Below are positions 9,947-18,754 of a stretch of 37,005 nt of DNA, in pieces (position 1 is the stretch's first letter; each line of letters opens with the position of its first letter). Where the stretch lies: the NCBI GenBank assembly GCA_964468845.1, contig CAYXWP010000002.1:1-37005 (forward strand), in the 5' to 3' direction. Source of the DNA: an uncultured Candidatus Saccharibacteria bacterium. GTDB taxonomy: Bacteria; Patescibacteriota; Minisyncoccia; Phycocordibacterales; PALSA-1337. The notes beneath the pieces were generated by a model that searched no databases, had not been told where the DNA came from, and saw only the letters and a program-made list of their open reading frames with translations. The position numbers were made by a program, and so were the translations under genes.

Positions 9947-9955
9947 ATTATACCA
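9947..9955 (-). promoter_or_regulatory. Extended -10 (TGgTATAAT) for the T4SS-like operon
   Basis: The minus strand reads TGGTATAAT. It lies 26 nt upstream of the GTG at 9920 and immediately after the rsmA stop. Confidence 0.5.
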
Positions 9956-9961
9956 ATGATT

Positions 9962-10744
9962 CTAATTATTTCCTACGATTTTTTTCCACATTTTAGGGGA
10001 TAAGTCCTCAGCACGAGCCATATTAGATATACCCTCCCTTTCCCATACTTTATTCAGGACTTCTTTGGAGATTTTTTCTTCTAAATTCTTTATTACAACC
10101 TTTCTTTTGTGAGCAAAAGCTGCTTTTATCACTTCAAAAAAGTATTTCTCATCAATTGGTGGGTTTTCAAAGAATTTTTTTGATATATTTTCAATAACAA
10201 GCACGGCAGAATCGACATTTGGTATTGGGCGGAAAAATTTTTTGGGTACAGTGACTAGATATTTAGGTTCCCCATATGCTTTTACAGATAAAGACAGTAT
10301 GCTTCCCTTTGAATCCGTTATTCTTTTTGCTACTTCTTTTTGAAGCATGACCACGATTCTTTCTGGTTGATTACTAGTCTCTAGAAATTTCCTCATGAAT
10401 TCCCCAGTGATATAGTATGGAATATTTGCTATTAGTATATATTTTTTTAAATTATTATTGTCATATTCCAAAATATCACCATGAACTAGCTCAAGTTGAT
10501 TGTTCTTTATTTCATTTGCGAATTTTTCTTGTAGAAATGGAATAGCTCTATCATCTTTTTCAACAGCAATTACGTGCACGCCAGTTTCAAGAAGTTTTGT
10601 TGTTAGTGCACCCTTCCCCGGTCCAACTTCAAGAACAATATTTTCCTTGGAAATTTTCCCCGCGTGCACCATTGCCGAAATTACATTTGGCGCATGTAAA
10701 AAATTTTGACCAAGGGATTTTTTTGCAACAAAGTTATTTTCCAT
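9962..10744 (-). CDS. rsmA: 16S rRNA (adenine1518/1519-N6)-dimethyltransferase
   Basis: 260 aa with KSLGQNFL and the SAM-binding motif VLEVGPGKGALT. Confidence 0.92.
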   Translation of the reverse strand: MENNFVAKKSLGQNFLHAPNVISAMVHAGKISKENIVLEVGPGKGALTTKLLETGVHVIAVEKDDRAIPFLQEKFANEIKNNQLELVHGDILEYDNNNLKKYILIANIPYYITGEFMRKFLETSNQPERIVVMLQKEVAKRITDSKGSILSLSVKAYGEPKYLVTVPKKFFRPIPNVDSAVLVIENISKKFFENPPIDEKYFFEVIKAAFAHKRKVVIKNLEEKISKEVLNKVWEREGISNMARAEDLSPKMWKKIVGNN

Positions 10745-10750
10745 ATTTTT

Positions 10751-10759
10751 ATACTATCA
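10751..10759 (-). promoter_or_regulatory. Extended -10 (TGaTAGTAT) 6 nt upstream of the rsmA ATG
   Basis: The minus strand reads TGATAGTAT followed by aaaaat and then ATG. It overlaps the uvrD stop codon. Confidence 0.5.
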
Positions 10760-13700
10760 GAAATCGATAAAAATTGCTTTTATACCTCTTGGGGCCTCAA
10801 CATCCCCTATTGAAGTGATATGTTCGTCACCGATATCAGAAATAAAACTAGAAGGTGTGTTAACTTTTTGTGCACCATATATTGTTCTTAATTGAGCATA
10901 ACTTAGAAAAACTTTTTTTCTTGCTCTTGTGAGTGCTACATAGAATAGTCTTCGCTCCTCTTCTGATTCTGATTGACTAATTTCTTCCTTCCCAATTCTT
11001 TGATGTGGGAAAAGATCTTCTTCAAGCCCGACAATAAATACATAATCAAATTCAAGACCTTTTGATGCATGCACGGTCATTAGTCGAACAGCATTGTTAT
11101 CTTTTTCAAGCTCATCTTGATCAGTTGCGAGTGCGGCATTTTCAAGGAGTTTTTCGATTGCTTCACCTGCTGGCAAGGAATCATACTGTGTCGCTACGGA
11201 GACTAATTCCCTAAGGTTTTCAAGCTTTTCTTGCTCTTCGGATGTTCCATTTTTGTAAGTATTTTCCATACCACTTTCACGAATAATGTACTTGATTAAT
11301 TGTGAAGGTGTTTCTTTTGTTGCTACGCCTTTTATTCTCTCAAGTAAATCCAAAAATTGAGAAACTTTATTTTTTAAGGCTGGTCCGAGTGTGCTTTCTT
11401 GCCCAGTTATGACTTTAAGTATTGTTGCCTTCCCTATTCCCCTTGGCGGAACATTCACAACTCTTACGAGATCATTTGTACTTTCCCTGTTCAAAGAAGC
11501 TTTTATAAAAGAAAGTACATCTTTTACTTCTTTTCTTTCAAAAAATCTTACACCAAGAACTTGATATGGGATATTTTTATTTAAAAAAGCTTCTTCAAGA
11601 ACGCGCGACTGAAAGTTTGCACGATATAGAACAGCAATTTCTCTAGGATCGGCTCCGTTGTCTATAAGTTCCTTTGCTCTGTCAGCCACTACCCGCGCTT
11701 CTTCTTGCTCGACATAAGAAATTAGTAGTTCAATCTTCTCCCCTTCCGCATTTTTTGTGAAAAGATTTTTTTCACGGCGCATAATATTTTTTTTAATAAC
11801 ATTATTTGCTGCGGTAAGTATTGTTTGAGTTGAACGATAATTTTCTTCGAGAGTGATTATTTTTGCGTCAACGAAGTCCTTTTCAAAGTTTAATATATTT
11901 TCTACATCAGCTCCTCGCCAACTATATATGCAGTTATGAACAGGAATATTATTTGCAATATAATTATGTACCTTATCGATATTAAGATCATAAACACTGC
12001 CGTCATATTGTTTCTTTTCGACGCTAATGACTTTTTGTTCTTCTATCCTGTTGTTATTAAATGTATTAATTACCATTCCTTCAATGATATTTCCAGCAGG
12101 ATGAAAGTATGTCAGTTTTTTACTACCCATGACACTTCTTAAGATGGTAAGACTATTATCAATCGCTTGTATTTTTTTTGCTATCCTTTCTGCTTCCTCG
12201 TAATCCAGTCTTGTTATCTCTAGACGCCAATCAACCCCTTTCCCCTTTCTTGGTCTGAAGCCATTTTCAATTAATTTGTCTTTTAGATCAACATTGGTTG
12301 TGTTTATGGAAATTCTGCTCATTCCCCATGGGTTCAATAGACTTTTTCGTTTGTCATCAAACATTTTAATCTTAATGTTTATCCTATTTCGCATGGTATT
12401 GGAATTTGTCGTTCCTTGGGGAAGATAATGAGGGTAGTTTAAATTTAGTCCAGTTTCAGTAAACAATAAATCAGCACGTGTTTTTGTGTCTATTTTTTTG
12501 AATAAATCGTCTATTTGATTTTGAGTGATAACCATTTTTCTTCCATTGGTTTTAAAAACCATACCAGGGATTCCATAGTTTGACGAAAAGAATGCTTCCC
12601 AGTATATGGCATCTTCTTTTTTGTTACAGATTTTTAATACCCACATTTTATCTGCATTTTCCTGATTACATCTTACTTGCAATCCAGTCGATTCGATTCC
12701 AGATCTGCTTTTACGTACACTTTTTGCCATACCAACTCTAAATCCCTTGTCCCGTCTGTACATTAAATACACATAATATGAGCCATATTCAAGTGAAATA
12801 CTCCCAAACAAAACATGGTTAGGGGTAAGAGAAATTTCTTCACTTACAGTTTTAATTATGATTATCTCGCCTCTGTATTTTTTTGATAGCACCTTACTAA
12901 CTTTGGCTTTACATGTATCGCCATGCCCAGCCATAGAGATAACCACATCATTTTTTTTAATTTCTGATATGTTCTTACTTCCAACAGGCGTTGAAATTTT
13001 TGTATTTGGTAATAGGCATTGATCCATATCCCCCACCACACAAACATTGTTATGCTGGCCTAGTAATTTTACAATTTCATATTGAACTTGGTTTGTGTCC
13101 TGATATTCATCAACATGAATATACTCCCAAATTTTTTGATAGTGATTGCGTATGTCTTCAAACTTTTTCAAAATCCCCGCAGTCTTCAAGAGTAAATCAT
13201 CAAAATCAAGCGACTTTTCTTTAAAGAGGGTGGCCTCATATTTTTCCCAGACCTGCGCAACAATCTTTTGGAAAAATTCCTTCGCAGAGTTTTTATAGGA
13301 AGAGAAAGTAACACCATTACCCTTCTCACGTGAAATGACATTTAGAATAGCCCCGGGTTCATATTGTTTTGGGTCCAAACCAAGCTCCTCGATAGCATCC
13401 TTAACTGCTCTTTTCGAATCACCTCGGTCATAAATCGTAAAATGTCTTGGAATTCCGATCAGGGCGCTGTTTTCTTTAATAATATGAACCCCGAGGGCAT
13501 GGAAGGTGCTTACAAAAGGTCTCTCAGCGAATGATATCGGTATATTTAAGTCCTTGTCCTTTTCGATGAGATCGAATACCCTTTCACGCATTTCTTTTGC
13601 AGCTTTATTAGTGAAAGTGATTGCCAGTATCCTTGATGGTTGAATTCCAGATTTAATGAGATTTAAAATTCTATGTGTGATGGTATTTGTCTTCCCTGCA

Positions 13701-13783
13701 CCTGCCCCAGCGAGTATGAGAAGAGGCCCTTTTAGGGTCTCCACCGCTTCTTTTTGTCTCTGATTTAATCTATCGAATGACAT
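10757..13783 (-). CDS. pcrA: UvrD/PcrA-family ATP-dependent DNA helicase interrupted by an intein
   Basis: Walker A is AGAGAGKTNT. Also present are DEYQDT, VVGDMDQ|...|CIYSWRGA, VHASKGLEFD and YVALTRAR. The start was moved to MSFDRLN (13783) because a -10 element sits 6 nt upstream. Confidence 0.92.
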   Translation of the reverse strand: MSFDRLNQRQKEAVETLKGPLLILAGAGAGKTNTITHRILNLIKSGIQPSRILAITFTNKAAKEMRERVFDLIEKDKDLNIPISFAERPFVSTFHALGVHIIKENSALIGIPRHFTIYDRGDSKRAVKDAIEELGLDPKQYEPGAILNVISREKGNGVTFSSYKNSAKEFFQKIVAQVWEKYEATLFKEKSLDFDDLLLKTAGILKKFEDIRNHYQKIWEYIHVDEYQDTNQVQYEIVKLLGQHNNVCVVGDMDQCLLPNTKISTPVGSKNISEIKKNDVVISMAGHGDTCKAKVSKVLSKKYRGEIIIIKTVSEEISLTPNHVLFGSISLEYGSYYVYLMYRRDKGFRVGMAKSVRKSRSGIESTGLQVRCNQENADKMWVLKICNKKEDAIYWEAFFSSNYGIPGMVFKTNGRKMVITQNQIDDLFKKIDTKTRADLLFTETGLNLNYPHYLPQGTTNSNTMRNRINIKIKMFDDKRKSLLNPWGMSRISINTTNVDLKDKLIENGFRPRKGKGVDWRLEITRLDYEEAERIAKKIQAIDNSLTILRSVMGSKKLTYFHPAGNIIEGMVINTFNNNRIEEQKVISVEKKQYDGSVYDLNIDKVHNYIANNIPVHNCIYSWRGADVENILNFEKDFVDAKIITLEENYRSTQTILTAANNVIKKNIMRREKNLFTKNAEGEKIELLISYVEQEEARVVADRAKELIDNGADPREIAVLYRANFQSRVLEEAFLNKNIPYQVLGVRFFERKEVKDVLSFIKASLNRESTNDLVRVVNVPPRGIGKATILKVITGQESTLGPALKNKVSQFLDLLERIKGVATKETPSQLIKYIIRESGMENTYKNGTSEEQEKLENLRELVSVATQYDSLPAGEAIEKLLENAALATDQDELEKDNNAVRLMTVHASKGLEFDYVFIVGLEEDLFPHQRIGKEEISQSESEEERRLFYVALTRARKKVFLSYAQLRTIYGAQKVNTPSSFISDIGDEHITSIGDVEAPRGIKAIFIDF
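11933..13018 (-). mobile_element. Intein (362 aa) in helicase motif III of UvrD/PcrA, with a non-LAGLIDADG central domain
   Basis: The host motif VGDxDQ(S)IYxWRGA is split as ...DMDQ / CLLPNT...IPVHN / CIYSWRGA. Cys1 is at 13018-13016, block B is TPNH, and the C-terminus is VHN followed by a +1 Cys. Confidence 0.85.
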
Positions 13784-13789
13784 GGGAAC

Positions 13790-13798
13790 ACTATAGCA
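13790..13798 (-). promoter_or_regulatory. Extended -10 (TGcTATAGT) 6 nt upstream of the uvrD/pcrA ATG
   Basis: The minus strand reads TGCTATAGT followed by gttccc and then ATG (13783). Confidence 0.55.
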
Positions 13799-14060
13799 TG
13801 CAAAGCGTAATTTAACGTAAATATTACACAACTTTTTGTGTAATTTTCAACTAGATATTTGACAATTATGCAAAATTGTTGCTCTAAACATCTTTTCCAC
13901 AGACCCTATTGACTTTAAGTATGGTCTCACGTACGCTAATTAGGTGCCCTTTAAATACAGGCACAAAGATGGCTCAATAAAGCCATTCACCGTATTGATT
14001 GAACTACAGAATGTACCCTAAAAAGTACTAACCAGATATTGCCGAGAGACTATTTATGTT

Positions 14061-15152
14061 ATGCAATTTATACAAGAAATACACATTAAGCCTATAAACT
14101 TTTTCGCTTTATTTTATAAAGGAATGCTACTTTCCTTTGTCGTTATTATTTCTGTATTTTTCTCTCCAATGACCACAAATGCTGGTCTATTTTCTTTTTT
14201 AATGGGAGCAACGGGAGACGAAGTTTCTGCAAAGACAGTTGAACAATCAACAACCTCAACTTCTCAGAATATGCTTGTGCTTGAGGCGGTGGTAAACAGG
14301 GATCCTAACTCAAATAGTAGTTCAAACGATGGACCTTTGATGTCTGGAAATGCGTTAGTTGCAGAGATTGGTCCGTCAGGAACAGTTTCAGATATTGAAG
14401 AGAAAGCCGCGAATACTCAGATTAGTCTTTATGTCGTACGTGAGGGAGATACTTTAGCAAAAATAGCGGATATGTTTGATGTAAGCGTAAATACTATTAT
14501 GTGGGCAAACGATGTTAGTAGGAGTTCTTCATTAAGAGAAGGACAAAAGCTTGTCATCCTGCCAATTTCGGGCTTGAAGTACTCGGTTAAGAAGGGCGAC
14601 ACTATAAAAGGTATTGTTACCAGATACAAGACAGATTTGGATGAAGTTCTTCAGTATAATGACCTTACCCTCTCTTCAGTCTTGTCTGTAGGAGATATTA
14701 TTGTTATTCCAGACGCTGAACCTTTTGTGGCTCCACAATCTCCCGTTAAACGTCTTTCAAAGAAGGTTAATTCAAATTTTGTTCATGATTCAAATGGGCC
14801 TTTCTATCCAGGGTATTATATTCGTCCAATAGATGGTGGGTACAAGTCACAAGGTCTTCATGGTTACAATGCCGTTGATATTGCTGTATCAGTCGGAACC
14901 CCTATTCGTGCTGCAGCAGAAGGAACAGTTATTGCAAGTGTGACTGGTGGATGGCATGGAGGATATGGTAATTATGTTATCGTGTCACACCCAAATGGCA
15001 CACAAACCCTATATGCTCACAACTCAAAGAATTTTGTAAGTGTAGGATCTCGTGTTCAGCAAGGACAAATGATTGCAAAGGTTGGTTCCACAGGAAATTC
15101 AACTGGCCCACATGTCCACTTTGAGATAAGAGGTGCAAAGAATACTTTCTAG
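14061..15152 (+). CDS. LysM-domain M23 family metallopeptidase (cell-wall hydrolase)
   Basis: 363 aa with an N-terminal TM segment. Two clear LysM repeats are present (YVVREGDTLAKIADMF..., YSVKKGDTIKGIVTRY...). The M23 motifs are GYNAVDIAV and GSTGNSTGPHVHFEI. The exact start is uncertain. Confidence 0.88.
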   Translation: MQFIQEIHIKPINFFALFYKGMLLSFVVIISVFFSPMTTNAGLFSFLMGATGDEVSAKTVEQSTTSTSQNMLVLEAVVNRDPNSNSSSNDGPLMSGNALVAEIGPSGTVSDIEEKAANTQISLYVVREGDTLAKIADMFDVSVNTIMWANDVSRSSSLREGQKLVILPISGLKYSVKKGDTIKGIVTRYKTDLDEVLQYNDLTLSSVLSVGDIIVIPDAEPFVAPQSPVKRLSKKVNSNFVHDSNGPFYPGYYIRPIDGGYKSQGLHGYNAVDIAVSVGTPIRAAAEGTVIASVTGGWHGGYGNYVIVSHPNGTQTLYAHNSKNFVSVGSRVQQGQMIAKVGSTGNSTGPHVHFEIRGAKNTF

Positions 15153-15165
15153 TGAAGATTTTATT

Positions 15166-16689
15166 TTAGCGCCTGTACTGAAGAGCTTCGAGTAGATGGC
15201 TCTTTTTTATTGTGCTCGATCCATCCAAATCGGCAATTGTCTGGGAAAGCTTGATTACTTTATGATATGCACGTGCAGACAGGCCGAGTTTTTCCGATGA
15301 AACTTTTAGTAAATCACTGACTTCTTTGCTTAGAGTAATTAGTTTTTCTATGTCAGAGACTGACATTTCACTGTTTAGCTTTTTATTTTCAATTCCATTT
15401 TCTATAAACCGATTTTTTTGTACATTCCGTGCGACTGTTACCCTCTTCACTACTGCATTCGATTCTTTATTTTTTGATATTTTTTCAGACAATTTATCAT
15501 AATTAATTTTTGATACGGATACCCAGATATCTATTCTATCCATAATTGGACCAGAAATGCGCTTATTGTAGTTGCGGACTTCGTGTTCTTTGCATACACA
15601 TTTTATATTGTTTTGACCATATCCACATGGACACGGATTCATTGATGCAATGAGAATGAATTGTGCTGGAAAATTTAGTTTTCCTTTTGCTCTTGAGATT
15701 GTGATACTTCGATCTTCTAACGGTTGTCGGAGTGATTCGATCACTTCCCTATCAAATTCGGGAAACTCATCTAGAAAAAGTATTCCCCTGTGCGCTAAGG
15801 TAATTTCTCCTGGTTTTGGGAATGACCCTCCTCCTACAATGGAAATATATGAGGATGTATGATGAGGCGATCTAAATGGGGGCCTTGTGATGAATGGGCG
15901 ATCTAGTATTTTTGCAACAGAGTGTATGCTCGTTACTTCAAGTACCTCATCTTCGTTTAGCGGAGGAAGAATTGTTTGCATTGCCCTTGCAAGCATTGTC
16001 TTCCCCGTTCCTGGAGGGCCGTATAGACAGATATTATGTCCTCCTGTAGCCGCTATTTCTAATGCCCTTTTTGCACTTTCCTGACCTCGAATACAGTCAA
16101 AATTAATTTCAAATTCTTCATCCTGCACCTTCATATCACTTTTGGCCTGCGGAGGTATTTTATTATTTAGAGTAGAGGCTAGGTGGTTAATTATTTGTTT
16201 TAAATTTTTTACTGGGAATATTTTGATACCAACAACCAATGCCGCTTCTTCTGCGTTATCTGCAGGAACATATATTTCCTTGAATCCATGTTTTTTTGCC
16301 CCATTTACTAATGGAAGCACCCCGCTCACTCTTCGCACATCCCCTTCAAGCGAGAGTTCTCCAAGAAAAATTTTTCCACTTGAATCAAAATCAATGTTCT
16401 TACTTGCACATAGGTATGCTAAAGATATTCCCAGATCAAAAGATGGCCCCTCCTTCCTCATATCAGCTGGCGCAAGAGAAATAACCACCTTTTGATTCTT
16501 TTGTTTAGGAGAAGTATACCCAGTATTTTTTATCGCTGCGGATACTCTGTCTTTCGATTCTCCAACAGCTTTGTCCCCAAGTCCAACAATCATAAAGGAA
16601 TGTAATCCATTCGATATATCAACTTCTATACTGATAATGTGTGTATTTAAGCCAGAAAGTTGGGCGCTAAATGTTTTTGATATGCTCAT
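15166..16689 (-). CDS. comM: YifB/ComM-family Mg-chelatase-like AAA+ ATPase
   Basis: Walker A is YGPPGTGKTML, Walker B is ILFLDEFPEF, and the N-terminal domain is Lon-protease-like. The start was set at MSISKTF because a -10 element sits 6 nt upstream. Confidence 0.9.
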   Translation of the reverse strand: MSISKTFSAQLSGLNTHIISIEVDISNGLHSFMIVGLGDKAVGESKDRVSAAIKNTGYTSPKQKNQKVVISLAPADMRKEGPSFDLGISLAYLCASKNIDFDSSGKIFLGELSLEGDVRRVSGVLPLVNGAKKHGFKEIYVPADNAEEAALVVGIKIFPVKNLKQIINHLASTLNNKIPPQAKSDMKVQDEEFEINFDCIRGQESAKRALEIAATGGHNICLYGPPGTGKTMLARAMQTILPPLNEDEVLEVTSIHSVAKILDRPFITRPPFRSPHHTSSYISIVGGGSFPKPGEITLAHRGILFLDEFPEFDREVIESLRQPLEDRSITISRAKGKLNFPAQFILIASMNPCPCGYGQNNIKCVCKEHEVRNYNKRISGPIMDRIDIWVSVSKINYDKLSEKISKNKESNAVVKRVTVARNVQKNRFIENGIENKKLNSEMSVSDIEKLITLSKEVSDLLKVSSEKLGLSARAYHKVIKLSQTIADLDGSSTIKKSHLLEALQYRR

Positions 16690-16695
16690 ATGCAA

Positions 16696-16703
16696 AATAT
16701 ACA
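16696..16703 (-). promoter_or_regulatory. -10 element (TGTATATT) 6 nt upstream of the comM ATG
   Basis: The minus strand reads TGTATATT followed by ttgcat and then ATG (16689). Confidence 0.5.
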
Positions 16704-16783
16704 ACTTTATTATTAAGAAGTTCTAAAGAAGTTATTAAGAAATGCTCAAGGTTAAAGTCGAGTTGAATCGTGTCATAAAACAA

Positions 16784-16806
16784 AAAAAGTAGATAATCTA
16801 CTTTTT
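16784..16806 (-). terminator. A/T-flanked hairpin overlapping the stop of the DksA-like gene
   Basis: AAAAAGTAG-ataat-CTACTTTTT forms a 9-bp, mostly A-T stem. A T-tract follows on the minus strand. This is a weak terminator. Confidence 0.35.
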
Positions 16807-17163
16807 CATGTTGCTCATTGATGTTCTTGCTGATGGATTTGCTTCCAACCTTTCCTTTTCTATCGGTTGACCAGACTTCTCACAAATTCCATAGGTTCCA
16901 TTTTCAATTCTCTCTAAGGCTGCTTTAACTTCGTTGAGTTGTGGTTCTAATTGATTAAGAATAGCTTTATTATCCTCAAGCTCCTCAAATTTGTCGGCGA
17001 CTTCGTTTTCGTCTGCTGGGTCAACCTCTATATCGGTTGTTGTTGCTTCCCAATCGTTTGAGTTATTAGGGTTTTTCCTACTTATTGTGGCAAGCTCTTC
17101 CTCAAGTAAGGTTTTTTCCTCCTCTAGCTTATTTTTGAAATATGTTAAATCTTTTTTATCCAT
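16798..17163 (-). CDS. DksA/TraR-family protein with a degenerate zinc finger
   Basis: 121 aa with an acidic coiled-coil N-terminus. The C-terminus reads GTYGICEKSGQPIEKERLEANPSARTS, which aligns to the DksA CxxC...CxxC region but keeps only one Cys. Confidence 0.65.
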   Translation of the reverse strand: MDKKDLTYFKNKLEEEKTLLEEELATISRKNPNNSNDWEATTTDIEVDPADENEVADKFEELEDNKAILNQLEPQLNEVKAALERIENGTYGICEKSGQPIEKERLEANPSARTSMSNMKK

Positions 17164-17172
17164 ATATTAATA

Positions 17173-18705
<1,533 letters not shown>

Positions 18706-18709
18706 TATA

Positions 18710-18718
18710 ATAATAACA
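18710..18718 (-). promoter_or_regulatory. Extended -10 (TGtTATTAT) 4 or 7 nt upstream of the tandem ATG ATG of the Pro-rich protein
   Basis: The minus strand reads TGTTATTAT followed by tata and then ATGATG. Confidence 0.4.
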
Positions 18719-18746
18719 AGAAAATCACCTAACTACTATTCTTGTT
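18715..18746 (-). terminator. Hairpin just downstream of pnp
   Basis: AACAAGAA / TTCTTGTT forms an 8-bp stem with a 16-nt loop. An A/T-rich run follows on the minus strand. Confidence 0.35.
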
Positions 18747-18754
18747 GGTTATAA

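Noticed and set aside
13784-13831. N-terminal extensions suggested by the ORF track (uvrD 13831, comM 16704, trmB-2 24309, xerC 27905 TTG, xth 31720, HTH 36318, radical SAM 22370 GTG)
   Set aside because: In each case except the radical SAM gene, a conserved family N-terminus starts at a downstream ATG that has a -10 element 6-10 nt upstream. The extension would include the promoter itself. For the radical SAM gene the choice remains uncertain.
13832-14060. Possible riboswitch (for example c-di-AMP/ydaO, common before cell-wall hydrolases) upstream of the LysM-M23 peptidase
   Set aside because: Only two small hairpins are visible (GTGCC...GGCAC, ATGGCT-caataa-AGCCAT). None of the conserved ydaO sequence blocks could be recognised.
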